From Vicugna vicugna (Eukaryota): DNA of 64,000 bases. The number at the start of each line of letters is the position of its first letter. Position 1 is the stretch's first letter. Shown here piece by piece: positions 46,401 to 59,269 of this stretch. Below the pieces are notes generated by a model. It was not told the DNA's origin, did no database searches, and saw nothing but the letters and a program-made list of their open reading frames with translations. The stretch is taken from assembly GCA_013265495.1 (NCBI GenBank), contig MU058423.1:9099627-9163626 (forward strand), written 5' to 3'. A program made the translations under genes and the position numbers.

Positions 46401-49400
46401 GCTGTGCACCTGACGGTGGGAAACATCACTGAGTCCAGTTTACTCTATAAAAATTAATTTAAAAAAGCTAAAAGTGAAAAAGAAATAAAAAAGGATATGA
46501 GAGACGAGAGAGACTATATGCGGCCAACAAGCCACAGAAAAGGTTTGGTGATCCCTGAGCTAGATGTTAACCTATTCTATTTTAGATCGGCCATTAAATA
46601 GGAGTAACTTTTAAATTTATGACATATTAAATAGCTCCTTAATTTTAGTATTCTATTAAAAAGAACTCCTATAAGTGAAATTCCACTATAATTTCCAATC
46701 TGATGTGCAACTAATACTGAATGAAAATATCAAAACTTACATGGCTTTGTATTGAGAACAAAGTTTAATGTAGCCTAATGGATGACTTTATTATAAAATG
46801 TATTTATGCAAAAATAAATCTTATCATGCAAAGGCTTCCACTCTTTGTAATATGAGATAATATGGGGTGTTTTTCATCAGATTAAACATGCATACCAGTC
46901 CATAAGCCATACTTCTTTCATGTTCTTGGGTTATATCTGCTACGTATGCAAATACCACGGAGAAAGTCACTGCAAAAACCCCAGAAACAGAGATAACAGC
47001 GAAGTACCACCTAGGATTGAAAGACAATTGACAAGAAATGGTTAGAATAATTACCATTACCTTAATCTTCTTTCATTTCTGTAAGTGAATTGACGTAAGA
47101 ATAGCTAATTTCAGTCAACAGTTTATAGATTAATTCTTCTATAAATCATAAGCCACAGATATTATGAAAACATAGAGCTAGCAGTGGGCCTTCAATAGCA
47201 ACTCACTTGCTATAAATACTTAGATAAATTAGATCATGTATTCAGGTCAATTTTTTACGCAATTGTTGAACTGTTAAGTGGCTTTGCTGTTGCTGTTTCT
47301 ACTAAAAACAGCAACAAACTAGAATCTATTATAATTCATCCATTGCAATTTCCCATTATGGTACCACAAAAAAAAAATCAAAATTTAGTAAAAAAAAAAA
47401 AAAAAATCAAAATTTAGTAAAAAAAAAAAAAAAAAATCCAAGGAACAAGTTACTCCATACTTATTTCTAGTCTGTATATAGAAACGAGGTGTTTTTTCTA
47501 AGTTATTCTTAGCTCCTCAAATGGTAGCAAAACAACTCAGTTTTTATGTAAAAGAAAGCTGTATGGCAGTGTTCAGAAATAAAGTTGAGAATATACTATA
47601 AAATGAACAAATGCTATTTTAAAAAGCAGACGACACTTTGCTATATATGATTCAAAAATATCTGTCTGGGAGTAAGAAGTTTCTATTGTAAAGCTGACAT
47701 TTAGTTTTTAAAATCAAGTGTAATCACAGTACACTTTCAAAATATCATACCACCAGGACTCAACTGCTTCCCCAATTTCTTCTAACACACGGCTTTCCAC
47801 AGCAAATGATCTGTTCATGCGCTAGATTTGTCTGGTAAGATATCATTTGTGTGATTAACATTCATCAAGGGTTTGCGGCCTTTAGGGTTGTATCTAACCT
47901 GTGAAAGCAAGGAAGATCCTGCCTACATATACCCCTGACCCTTCTAGATGCACCTTGGAAACATGTCCCATCCATGATGTAGAATTAACAGTAATAGTCA
48001 AGTGATACAGAACTTTAATCAAAGAATTAATACACCTACAACCAAACTGGGCTCTATCATCTTGGGAAAATCATTCTCCTGTGAGCTTTCCCTCCCTTCT
48101 TCCTCAGTGAAAGAATCTTGATTTTAATCAGGGTGGCCATGAGCCCAGCCTCCTGTAACTAGGAGCAGCAGACACCTGAAATCTGACCAGATGTGAGGAG
48201 AGGCTGAGGGGGAACGCTACAGTTTCCTTAAAGGAAGGCAGCGCGCTCTTCTCATGCCCTCCTCCTTCCATCTCGCTGCCTGGAAGTGCCATGAGCTGGA
48301 GCTCACTCAGCAGCCTTCCCCACTGCTGACAGTGAGGTGACAGCTGAGGATGGCAGAGCACAAAGACAGGAAAAGTCTGGTCCCGGGAAGTGGCACACCA
48401 GCTCGGGACTGCTCAACTCCAGACTTCTTTCATACGGAGAGAAAAATTAATAATCAGTTTCCCTGATTTTAAACAACTATTATTCAGGTCTTTACTGATA
48501 TATAACGAAGCCTATTCCTAATTAATGCAGATAGTGATGATAAACTTTGTGTTTTTAACATTCTACTCAAGAAAATAAAAAGTCAGCAACATTATCCAGC
48601 CCCTAAAATAGTTTGGAAATTTGGGCTGTGAAATCCAAAAGCAGGTTAGCCAGCAGTCTACATGGCTTCTTTGGTGGCAGCCAGTTCAAAAACCTTTATG
48701 AACTATTCCTTAGCTACTGTATTTTTAAGGGCCCTTTTATCTATGTCAAAGAATAAATGTATTAGAAAAATGCATTTAAAACCGACATAGGTAAGCTGGA
48801 AAAAAAAGTGAAAGCAATATTCAGAAAATCATCAACAGTGATACTTAGTTGCTATAATCTGAATGTGCACGTACCATGGGCTGATCTTCATTAAAGGGAT
48901 TGGGGCACACGTGAAAAACACTGTTAGCAGCAAGAAGGACTTTCGGCCCCAAACATCCGAAAGAGCACCAATAAGCGGGGCGCTGAGGAATGACAGCAAG
49001 CCCTAAGAAGACAAACGGAAAAGTGGCATGCACCGTGTATGCTGACGAGCCAAGAGTAAATCATTTTCCTGCCACAGAAGAATTTTAAATAAGTTCGTTT
49101 CTAAAATAGGCATATCACCAAACTTTACATACACAACTTATTTCTTATCTGTATATAATTTAAAAATTTCCCAAGACTGTCTAGAATCATCTGCAGGGCT
49201 CTGGTAGAGGATTAAATATGAAATGTTCTAATAAACTCTCAACCACAATCCTACATTAGCCAATTCTAGAGAAAATACCATATGCTAATTATCTGTTTTT
49301 ATATCCACAGATTAATTACCTATTTATAAACTTGTTGATCAAATGGAATCAAGAGTAAACACAGAATAATAAAAAGTATAGAATAATCAAGACTGTAACC

Positions 49401-52400
49401 ATACTGATATATTTTATACTTATGCATTTTTTTAAATAGTTCTTTTCTTTTCAATCTATATTCTTGTTTCTAGTTTACAAAAGCATTCAGATCTCTGTGA
49501 TGAAAATGGCAACACATAAAAAAACAGGGAAAATCTGTTATGACGTGGTTTATCATTATTATACATACTTGGCTATATTTGACTAAAATCATATTTAAAA
49601 CCTAGTTCATTTAAAAAGTATTAAGTAATCCCCCAAGATATACTCCAACTGTAAAAACTAACACTTAGTGGATCGGTCAATTAACTAACTTAACACACTG
49701 GCAGAACATGTGTGTGTTTGCATACACACATAAATACGTATATATATATGACTGATCTTACCTTTACTCCTTGAATTAGGCCATTCATCAGAAATGTATG
49801 TTTAGGGAAGGTCTCATGTAATACCTAAAGAATAAAAACAAAATAAAAAGCTCATGCTACATTTTTTAGTCCTAGTAAAACTTAAAACGTCCCTTCATCA
49901 TAAAATTTTCAGTTTGTATGACACTATGCATATGAGTAAATACTAATACCACCAAACGTTTATTTGGCATTTACTATGTCACAAGGCACTAAATTGGGCA
50001 CTTTAATACATTACCTCCTTTAATTCCTCATAACAGCCCTATCAGAAGACTGACACACACAGAGGTTACATGCCTTATCCAAGATTACACAGTAATGGCA
50101 AAACTGAAATTGAGCACAGGAAGTCGGGCTTGCAAGTCCCTGCTTTTAATGCTGTCCTGCTTCCCACATATAACTGACGGACTTACAGCTCCTATACAGA
50201 CAGGCCTATCACCTAAAACAGGGGACCAGGAGAATAAATAGGGAAATTTTAACTGCCAAAAAGTGGATCTAGAGATTTTATAAGGTAAGAAAAAAAAATC
50301 CCAAGCCATGAAAATGTACAACAAATTCCTCCGTCCTTTTTAAGGACTGATCTCAAACCACACGGAATCAGTTTGCTCACTGGGCAACAAGGGAACCAGT
50401 GGGAACTCAGTGGTTGAAAAAGCAATTAGGGAAAGGTAACTGAAAAAATAAAAAGCATCAGCCACCATTTTTACAGTCTATGTGCCAGAGGCTCTATATA
50501 TAATACATACTCTTTTATTTAATCCCAACAATAACATGAATTAGATAATATTACCACTTTACAGACGTGGGAACTGAGTTCTTAACTTGACAAAGCCAAT
50601 GCTTCTTCCATGACAGCACACTGTCTCTCAATAAAAGCAATGAAGAATGGCCATATGGAGAATAAGAAAGGTGGGAAAAATCTCTTTAGGAATAAAAACT
50701 ATGCTGATAGTGCTTTCTGACATCTTTGCAAGTAAAACCTTTAGAAGGATTAGAATGCTCTCTTCTTCAGTTACGCTTCTTTTGCCAATAACTAGAAATT
50801 AAACAAAAATTAACCTAAAGAAAATTAGAAATGAAATGTTTAATAGTCCAAGGACATCACTAATATGGGAAAAATTACATATTTATGATAGTCACATATT
50901 CTGTGTTTCTCAACCGAGGGTAACTTTGACCCCAGGGGACAGTTGGCAATGTCTGGAGACATGTTTGATTGCCACAATTTGGGGGAACAGGGGAGAGAAA
51001 AGATGCTACTGGTACCTAGTAGGGAGGGGTTAGGAAAGCTGCTAAACATCCTGTCATATACAGGCCAGCCCCTCCCCACCCCCAACACACAACAAATAAG
51101 CATCTGGCCCCAAATCTCAACAGTTGAGAAACCGTATTATTTACAGCAAAGATCCACAAGTCTGAAGAAAGTGTCTGTAAAGGATCAGATTAGAAGTATT
51201 TTCAGCTTTTTCTAGCTTTGTGGGCCACACAGTCTCTGTTGCAAGCACTCAACTCAATAAAGGCAGCCAGAGGCTGCACGTAAATGAACAGGCTGCCTGT
51301 GTTCTAATAAAACTTTATTTACAGAAAAATGGGCTACTAGCAGCATTTGCACTGGTCAGTTTGTTAGTTCGTGTACTAAAGATAAAGGTTTAAACTCCTG
51401 AAACTGGTATCCCAAAACCATTTGTAACAACTCAAATCTGCTCTTCTTCTAGTTATTACTAAGGGCCAATTCTTTCTGGGGACAAAAAAATGGGTTTGGT
51501 GTGAAAAAGAATGAAGGACATGATGAATGAATGCCTACAAGAAGCTTTATAATACTTTAAATCTTATTGCTAACAATTCACTTTGCCAAGCTGTCTTCCA
51601 TTCCAATCAATCTGGTCTCTTTACTGTTTCAGAAATATTCTTACGCTTTCCAATATGCATACTTGCATATACGATATTCTGTATCTTAAATGTTAGTTTC
51701 CCTTCTCTTCGCTCTCTAGTTGACCCCCAAACCCTCCATATTGCTCCTCTGCACCAAACTTTCCTGTCCAAAGCGATCAGTTCTGCCTTTAGGACCGTGT
51801 AATAGGTGGTTACGGCACTCACTGGGTAGTCACATACAGCTTTGTAATATTTCTTATATTGCAGTACTGTGTTGCTTAGTTCTTCTATTTTTCATCTTTT
51901 CAGATATTTAATAAATATTTCTTTTCAATTATATTTCAAATTTCTTAAGGGCAGACAGGCACTATATTTACTATACCTTGCATCTAATAAATGTTTATCT
52001 CTATGAGTACCTCAAAGAGTGCTTTCATATAGTAATTGTTTACTAAATGTTTATAACTGATGACAAATTCTGCTTTTGAAATGATTTAATATGACAATTA
52101 TGCAAATTAATTTACCTAATATTACAAAATAAAAACCTTTATAACCCACTGCAAAAGAATATAGTTAATTTAAGATAAACAAGCCCCCATGTTTGTTTTT
52201 AACAAAATTTTAACACAAAGACAAATATAACAAGTAATACATACGTTGTAAAGATTTTTGATCCGGGAGGAACTTTAAGCACTGGATTTTAGAGCTAAAT
52301 AGAAAAAAATCTAACATTTTCCAAGAAATTTTATGGGTCTTAAAATTTCTAAGCTTAAAAAATTCTGAGAGCAAATAGTCCTTAAAACATTAAATGCCTA

Positions 52401-55400
52401 AGGACTATCTCTGCAGCAAAGGGTGCTCAGCCATTTCTATAGAAGAGATGCTAGAGGACTGGAGCACAGGGTGTTGCTCCATAAGATGGACTGTGCATCT
52501 AGCTGCCTGAACCATAAGCACTGATCAAGTATTTCTAGAATCATCAGTATGTCAAAAAACTGAAGCCACTTTATAGCATTATAGATCCTTAAACCTACTG
52601 TCACTAATTCTCTTTATGTAAATATATGTCATTTAGTCAATCAATAATCACGGATTGAACACCCACTATGAACTAACCATATAGTCATAACCTCTCAAAA
52701 TGTTAGACTCGGTCCTTAAAAACATTTGTCAGTGAAAAAAAAATTCTTCTTTGTAGTTAACTTAACGCCTCTTGCTGGTGGAGACTTCACCTCGCTCCCG
52801 GACAGGACTTCCATGCAGGACACAGCCTCTGTTCTCTGACTGTACTCTAGAGCACAGTGTTCCATAAGCTCTGTAAGCTTACAATGCAAAAATAATTGCA
52901 ACCCCATGAAATTTAAAAGAAAATTCTTTTAATTTCACATTACTCTCTAAAACGAAGACTATTATAAATCCCAAACCAAACATTTATTATAATTAATATG
53001 TCTTAAGGTTGGGTATCTGTTAAATGAATTAATTCAAAGGGCATCTTTGAAAACTGAAAAGCTGAAACTTAATTTTTGAGAGCTATGGATGGGGGAGAGA
53101 GATAAAACACAGACTAAATTATATCTTCATCCTCACTACTCCTTTTTAAATGAATGTTAAGAGTTGTGACTCTCTAGCAGGCACCATTTATAATCAGTTT
53201 CAAAACACATAAGACAGAAATAAACTGTTTAAAGGTTATAACAGACTTTTAGAAAGAGAAGAAGTGCTACAACTTTGTGCCTTTGACCCTGAAACTCACT
53301 TCTCCCATGTCCCGTCACGGGGGAGCGTAAGAGTCTGAAACAAAGAAGATGCTAACAAAGTCATCAACAACAACACACCACAGGCACAAAGTCCCAAAAT
53401 GAGCAAACCCTTTTTGAAAGCCCACAATGACTTAATAAACTGGTTCTTAATTAGTGATACACTCTAGTATCACTTCTAAAAAATACACATGCCTGGGCCC
53501 TGCCTTTGAAAACTCTGATTTCAGCCAGACAGGTGGTAAGGGCCTAGGTATTCTGAAAACACTCCCCAGGTATTCCGGATATTCACCTCTGGTTAAAAAA
53601 AAAAAAAAATCACTGAATTAATAGACTCTACATTCTAACTGCTGAAACAGTCAGCTCCAGGTGGCCAGTGTGACCTAACGGAGCTGGTGAAGCCTACCCT
53701 GAGCCCCAAATCGCCTAAAAAGGGATAGTCACCTGGAGGAATGAGCAGGCCCGCAGGAGAACTTTCTCGTCCTTACACAGTTCTGTACAGCTGAATGGTT
53801 TACAATAGACACACACTGTGTTTCTAATTATTAAAAAAGCTATATACATATATATATAATATATACAGTGAGTAATGTATGTGTACCTATTTCTCACGCA
53901 CTACTTCCTTCAATGATATTTTAAAGATTCTTGCTGTTCTAATGTGAAAAGGCCAAAATACCAGAAAGTAGCTGGAGTAGAAAGAATCTCAGCATTCAGA
54001 TACAATCTAAACTCTCCAACTCAATTCTTACTTTGCCTAGGTCTCCCCCCAAGGTTTTGCCCACCACACACATAAATGTACTTAAGCTTGCAAAAGAAAA
54101 CAATTCACTAAGTTCCAAATTAGCACTTTTCATTTTCCTGACCACAATTCAATTCAGTACTTAAAAAAAGAAATCAAAGGTACTATTTATTTTTTAATTA
54201 ACAAAAATAATTAAGAATATACTAAGCAAAAAGATAGTTTTTCCAAAACTACAAAAAAGAAAGCAAGCACTTATATATAAATAATTGGATTTCTTCCTTG
54301 TTCTTAAAGAAGACAGTCTCTTTGTCCAATTAGAAATAATGATATTAAAGTTAGACAGAAAGTTGATATAGCCAAAAAAATATAAACCAGAAACAAATTA
54401 AAAAAAAAAACAGCTATACACATTTCAAATCATGATGACAAATCATGGAATCAACACGGGCTTGCTGACAGTTTACCCAACTTTCAAATCTGTCTACTTA
54501 GCTAGTGCTTGGACTGCCAATAGTGACCTGACTACCCAGAACATGGGTATGAACCTCTTAAATCAGTATCCCCAAGACTGAGCACTGGAACAAAACAAGC
54601 CTAACTTCGAAGCCAAAGCTGCAGTTTACTATCAGAGTAGCAAGCAAGTTGCTTAACTCTTCTAACTCTTCATTTCTTCATCTGTACTATGAGGCTAATC
54701 TCTCATTGATAAAGTGGTTTTAAGGATTAAAACTAATAATGTATTTAAAGTGCTCAGGGCTGTGCTTGGACTCATTTTTAATATAAATGTATACGAACTG
54801 TTTGCTATTACAAAGCTTTAGTACTTTAAAACTATACGACTAATGATCTACCGGACACATTTAGACGTTAAATTGGTAGTAGATTATAAATAAGCACACT
54901 GAAACATTAGGAAGCTAACATAAAGCTGTGAGAGAACACAGTTATTACAACAGCACAGTAGTCCTTGACTTCAGGTTATTACAGTATAATGTAGTTACAA
55001 ATGTCACAATGAACTTGCATCATCTGATGAAGTTCCAAATCAGTGTCCATGGATTGTGAAGGCAGGAAACGTGTAAATTAATATTTGAAAGATTCCCATC
55101 CGAAATTATAAAAAAATCAGACATTTTAAAAGTCCACATTTCAATTATTTTGAAAATTCATTTATGTGAAACTGATGACCTGTTACAGGTAAATGAGCTG
55201 TTTCCTTCTTAAAAAGGAAAAGATCTCAATCAAAACATAATCAAATCAGCATTCTTAAAATTATATGTTAGGGAACTGTTATTCAGCAAACTGTTCTAAC
55301 TTGCAATGCACGGTTTATTGCAAAACAAACTGTATTTATTTGAGATTTGTTTTTCTTCTGTTTTAGCAGTATTCATGAATATGCCTTGTAAATAATAATT

Positions 55401-56355
55401 CGAAATAACTGTTAAATGTCTGTGTTTTATGTAGATACAGTAATGATTGTGTAGTTATATAAAAAATATGCTAAGAAATAGGGAACAAATTTTCTTAGAC
55501 TAGTTGAATCTACTTACCTACTCATTCGATTTATTTAAAGAAATTTTTTGTAATTTTTTTGTATAACAACAAACAAGCTCATGAAAATACAAGGAAATAC
55601 ACTTTAAAACTCTGTTCTTCTGGGATTTGGAAAGCTGTACATTTATCCTGGTTACACCTTTCAAGGTATTACACACTTCTGCCATATCCACTCCTTCCTT
55701 CATTCCATTCCTCTCATCTACACCAACAGGAGAAAACCAGCTAGCATCTAAGCTGTACGGTCTGACAGAGTGGTCTTTTCTAAGGTTCTACCCTTGGGAA
55801 TGTTTGAGTAAGATCAGCTCAGGGCTATGAAAAGAATCACCTTTCTAGGTGGTCCCCTCTAGATCCTTGGCCTAAACTAGAAGAAACCTGTATCTGGAAA
55901 ATACAACTGCATGAATGAATCTCAAAATAATAATGCTGGGTGATTCAGGTCACAGACACTACTCTCCCTAAGCCGGTCAGTATCAGAATCCGTCCACCCT
56001 GCCCAGAGCGGGGACTGCGCCTCTGCTTGAACAAGGCCACTGTTTACCGGAAGAATCCCACTCGCCCAAGCGCTGCCAGCAAGTGAGGGAGAGCAAGGGC
56101 TGGAAGAGACAGCGCCGGCAGTGAGACACAGCACCCAAGGGCTGACGACACAGGTGGGAGAATTCACCAGGGAAAAGACAAAAGAACCGCTTTCTCCCCC
56201 ACAAAACTGAAGAAAAAGACATTTTAAAGTCAGTGTTAAACAAGTTAAAGATTACTTACCACCAACGTGGGCGCTGTCAATAATCCCCAAGCGAAAAACT
56301 CCAAAAAGATGACGATAACCGCGTGATAAACACTAGGAGAACCTATTCCTTGAGG
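34197..56355 (-). CDS. MFSD14A: Major facilitator superfamily domain-containing 14A (HIAT1), spliced CDS span (exons 2-12; exon 1 outside window)
   Basis: 11 GT-AG exons join in frame: PQGIGSPSVYHAVIVIFLEFFAWGLL...IGALSDVWGRKSFLL (MFS motif A)...VADITQEHERSMAYGL...EAKEPLLQDTNV*; SASS6-MFSD14A tail-to-tail synteny is as I recall for human. Confidence 0.96.
35441..35604 (-). CDS. MFSD14A: MFSD14A exon 11 (164 nt)
   Basis: attcag|GC GTC GTT...GAA CAG|gtaatt; overlaps ORF 35345-35590 (MITGIRGLCNGLGPALYGFIFYIFHVELKE...). Confidence 0.95.
36541..36638 (-). CDS. MFSD14A: MFSD14A exon 10 (98 nt)
   Basis: ctgcag|G ATG ATG TGG...CAA G|gtgagt; MMWAAGAVAAMSSITFPAVSALVSRTADADQQ. Confidence 0.95.
37842..37954 (-). 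CDS. MFSD14A: MFSD14A exon 9 (113 nt)
   Basis: ttccag|ACC ATA...CCT TG|gtaggt; TIVLSLLMRSIGNKNTILLGLGFQILQLAWYGFGSEP. Confidence 0.95.
38495..38730 (+). mobile_element. MIR SINE
   Basis: aactgtgtgaccttgggcaagtcactttactctgag...aaaatgg...cttagcattgtgcctggcacag. Confidence 0.8.
39515..40450 (-). mobile_element. LINE-2 fragment
   Basis: cactcagtaaacaaatatttg tail then G/A-rich L2 antisense body (caaggatgacaccaaggtttctggc, atcaatttgggagtca). Confidence 0.7.
41460..41472 (-). promoter_or_regulatory. candidate CTCF site (CCAGCAGGGGGCG)
   Basis: plus-strand cgccccctgctgg; the reverse complement matches the CTCF core consensus CCASYAGRKGGCR. Confidence 0.45.
42200..42620 (+). mobile_element. LINE-2 3' fragment
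   Basis: tctctgctcaaatgtcac...gttcactgctatatccc...tgaatgaa tail. Confidence 0.7.
42820..42891 (-). CDS. MFSD14A: MFSD14A exon 8 (72 nt)
   Basis: tcctag|ATA ATG...GCA CAG|gtaagt; IMKFSPESVAAFIAVLGILSIIAQ. Confidence 0.95.
43010..43098 (-). mobile_element. tRNA-derived camelid SINE (Vic-1-like)
   Basis: reverse complement ggggaaaggtagagctcagtggtacagtgcatgcttagcatgcacgaggtcctaggttcaatccccagtacctccattaaaaataaa has Pol III A- and B-box-like motifs and an A tail; TSD-like aattcatt at 42996-43003 and 43102-43109. Confidence 0.85.
43718..43831 (-). CDS. MFSD14A: MFSD14A exon 7 (114 nt)
   Basis: ttctag|TCC TTA...AGA CAG|gtacag; SLKKVGQDSIVLLICITVFLSYLPEAGQYSSFFLYLRQ. Confidence 0.95.
44127..44345 (-). 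CDS. MFSD14A: MFSD14A exon 6 (219 nt)
   Basis: ttgcag|GTT TCA...TTT GCA|gtaagt; lies in ORF 44094-44354 (VSATFAASLVTSPAIGAYLG...WEQADPFA). Confidence 0.96.
45405..45660 (+). mobile_element. old L1 3' end (L1MC/ME-like)
   Basis: caacctaaatgtttatc...gaatggaagaacaaaatgtggtata...atggaatactacacagcaataaaaagg. Confidence 0.75.
46140..46558. mobile_element. MER58-like hAT MITE remnants, apparently interrupted by another insertion
   Basis: ttggcaaactatggcttgtgggccaagtc at left; gagactatatgcggcc...aaggtttggtgatccctg at right. Confidence 0.5.
46896..47010 (-). CDS. MFSD14A: MFSD14A exon 5 (115 nt)
   Basis: tcctag|G TGG TAC...GGA CTG|gtatgc; WYFAVISVSGVFAVTFSVVFAYVADITQEHERSMAYGL. Confidence 0.95.
47368..47436. 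repeat. tandem (A)n-TCAAAATTTAGT-(A)n duplication
   Basis: tcaaaatttagt at 47378-47389 and 47407-47418, followed by A17 and A18. Confidence 0.9.
48130..48530 (+). mobile_element. MaLR solo LTR (MLT1J/K/L-like)
   Basis: ctgcctggaa...gctgaggatggcagagca...ctccagacttcttt...gagagaaaa...cctaattaatgca. Confidence 0.6.
48875..49002 (-). CDS. MFSD14A: MFSD14A exon 4 (128 nt)
   Basis: tcttag|GGC TTG...CCA TG|gtacgt; GLLSFLSAPLIGALSDVWGRKSFLLLTVFFTCAPIPLMKISP. Confidence 0.95.
49762..49824 (-). CDS. MFSD14A: MFSD14A exon 3 (63 nt)
   Basis: ctttag|GTA TTA...GTA AAG|gtaaga; VLHETFPKHTFLMNGLIQGVK. Confidence 0.94.
50901..51134. mobile_element. MER20 hAT-Charlie MITE
   Basis: gtttctcaacc...ccccaggggacagttggcaatgtctggagacat...gatgctactgg...gctgctaaacatcct...gttgagaaac (terminal inverted repeats). 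Confidence 0.85.
51160..51370. mobile_element. MER58A-like hAT MITE
   Basis: tctgtaaaggatcaga...ctttgtgggccacacagtctctgttgcaagcactcaact...aataaaactttatttaca. Confidence 0.75.
54600..54810 (+). mobile_element. MIR SINE
   Basis: gcaagttgcttaactcttct...tttcttcatctgta...taaggattaaa...tgtatttaaagtgctcag. Confidence 0.6.
56260..56355 (-). CDS. MFSD14A: MFSD14A exon 2 (96 nt)
   Basis: ttacag|CCT CAA GGA...TTG GTG|gtaagt; PQGIGSPSVYHAVIVIFLEFFAWGLLTAPTLV. Confidence 0.95.
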
Positions 56356-56419
56356 CTGTAAAAACAGATTTTTAGAAAGTTAACAGTGCATTCCAGATTT
56401 ACTAACAATAATGACAACA

Positions 56420-58520
56420 GTCAATAAATATTTAAGGAGAACACACATGTATTGGGCACTACGTCAAACATCTGGACACCCTGTCCTCCAGGTGATGGGG
56501 GCAGACAAGGAAACAAATAAATACATTATATAAACACAGTGTACAATGGGAACACAGAGTCCAGGGTAGGGGTGGGAATATGAGACTTCTAGGAGGAAGA
56601 CTGAAAGGATGTAAAGGAGTCAGGCCAGGAGTCGGGGTAGGAAGGTGGACAGCATAAATCAAGGAAGCAGCCTGCACAAAGGCAGTAAGGCTTGAGAGCA
56701 GGAGGCACTGCAGGACTCCCATAGCTGAGTACAACCAGAGCCCGGGCTGCACACGGGGAGCACTGAGAGATGAGCTCGAGGCACAAAGCACTAACGTCCA
56801 TGCTAAGGAGTCTATGTTCAATTCTGAAGGCATTGGGGAGCCACTAAAGGATGTCAAGTGAGACTCACAGGATCAGATGAAAGTTTTAAGAAAGACCATT
56901 CTGGCAAAGCTGCAGCAAATGGATTAAAGAGGGCAAAACTAAGGAAGATGAATGGTTAGGAGGCTACTGCACTAACCCTAAAAATATAAATGAAGTATGT
57001 GGCAAGAATCATAACAGATCCCAACACAGCTCAAAAGCAGAAAAGTCCTGAGTAGCACGTGAGAGATGTGGGACTTGATATACACAAGGAAGACAATACA
57101 AAATCAGCGTATACTGTTGCTGGTAATATCTTAACAATTACTTCAGTTGTTGGATTTCATATTTCTAAGGGTAATATTAAATGGATGGAAGAGTCAATGA
57201 CCTATAGCATTAACTCAGTTTCCATTAATAAGTCAGTATAAATGAAAGATAAGTACAGTCAATACATATTACAATGTTATACTTAAGTTTTGACAATATA
57301 TTGAACAGTCTTAGTGGAAAATATTAACAATGTTTGGATTTCTCTATATACTGAAAATGATGCTACATCATTAAAAAAAAAAATAGATGTCTCTCCTAAC
57401 CTGCAGAATTTAGAAAAGTCCCTTGGTAGGAGAACTTGAATTTGAGGAACCTGAGAAACGGAAGTAGGTGGGGGCTGGGAGACAGAACTGAAGGACCACA
57501 GCTGGGAATGAATTTGTACAAGATTTCATTCATTCAGTAAACATTTAGAGCACCTACTATGTACCAGAGGTGCTGGGATTTAAAAAACAGTAAGACACAT
57601 TCTCCGATCTCAAGGAGTTCACAGCCTGGAGAGGAAGAAGCCTCATTATAAACATCTGCTTACATGTAAACGCAAGAAAGGGAAGTAGCGTGGACAATCA
57701 CAACACAGAAAGCCAGAGGAAGCAGACAAGGATCGTAATGGTCTAAGGCTGAAAGGAAGGCAGAACACACAGCCTCTAAGCTGTGTTAAGGAGTTTCTCA
57801 ACTTCACTCCAGAGACAAAGGAAACCACTGAAGGGTTTCAAGCAAGAGAACAGTGTGATGAGACCTGCACTTTTTAATACATCATAGTGATTTCCTAAAG
57901 GCTGTAACTGAGGAGCAAAGTGTGTGCGGAGGGAGGCCATCTTAGTGAGTTCAAACAAGAGACGATGAGCGCGTGAAACAGGGGAGTGGCACCCACGGAG
58001 GATGGAGGGATGGAGCGAATGAATTCTAAGGTTTTAGTTTGGTTGTCTACTAATGGAAGATGGTAGCTTTCTACTTCTTTTTCCCTCATGAGGCTCAGAG
58101 TTACCTCAGGTCCTACCTAAGAGGATCACCCTTGTACTTAAAACATTTCTACTGTCCTTTGACGGCTGATTAAAACAATCAGTTAGCAGCAAATGTGATA
58201 TTTGAAACCAGAGTGGGTGAGATGAAGTGTGAAAAGAAAAGCAGCCTAAGACACAATCCCAAGAAACACCTACATTTAAGTACCTCTGACCCTTGACCAG
58301 TGAGGGGATTCGGGGCACCAGCCTCGCCCATTTCAGAGTGGACAGAAGAAAAGGGACCCTTGGAGATAAAGAAGAAACCATCAGGGAATCCTGATATTTC
58401 TATCAGGAGAATCAAGAGAGCCCAGTGCCTCAGAAGACAAAGGAGCAGTTTCAGGAAGGAAGGGGTAATGACCAGAACCAAACAGAGCAAGTACGGTGAG
58501 TTAAGGTTAAAAAAAGTCCA
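56420..58520 (-). mobile_element. LINE-2 fragments (two blocks, ~56420-57000 and ~57525-58520)
   Basis: ttcattcattcagtaaacatttagagcacctactatgtaccag tail; ggggagccactaaaggatg, gaggagcagtttcaggaaggaagg L2 motifs. Confidence 0.65.
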
Positions 58521-59269
58521 CAGGATTTGTAAGCTCCAAACCGGTTTTGTTCACCACAGGTACTCAGCGCCCATTAGAGCAGGCCAAACAGAACTTCCCA
58601 GGGCCTCTAACATGCTAATTTGTATTATGAATCTCCAAAAAGATGCTGTGTGCACTGTTTTCCAAACTTGACCACGGACTCCTTCTGTCATATAAGAGAC
58701 AGTATCTTGTGAGCACTTGAGGTCCTTGGAAAACTTTTTGGGAAATGCTGATAAAAAGTCAGATGATAATTATGTAACGATGTGTGTAAGTATACACATA
58801 GAGCCAAAAGCCTGGAAGAAAATAAATGTGTTAAAAGTGGCTGCTAAAGTGAAGAACACTTCAATTATTCACGGACAGTGTTGGCAAAGTTGCCCAAAAG
58901 AGGGAGACAGAGGTAGCAGCGAGGGAGCCAAGGGAACGGGTACAAAGACGTGTAGGAGGTAGAATGAAAAGGTCTCAGGGGTTGACTAGATGCAGCAGAG
59001 GAGAAGATCAAAGATGAAAAGACTTTCGTTTCTGCCTTGGGCAGCTGCACAGTGAGGAAAGGTGAAAGAATAAAGATAAATTAGTTTCAGGCATACTTGC
59101 TGGTGAAAAACATGTACAGCATTCTCTGATTTGAAGAAAACAAAGTGAGTAAAATACACAAGAAATGGCAAAAGGCTAGAAACATCTTAACCAGGTAAAG
59201 CACTCATGAAAATCAGTACAAAAATACTAAGACACCATAAAAACGTAAAGAATATAAACAAATAATTTT

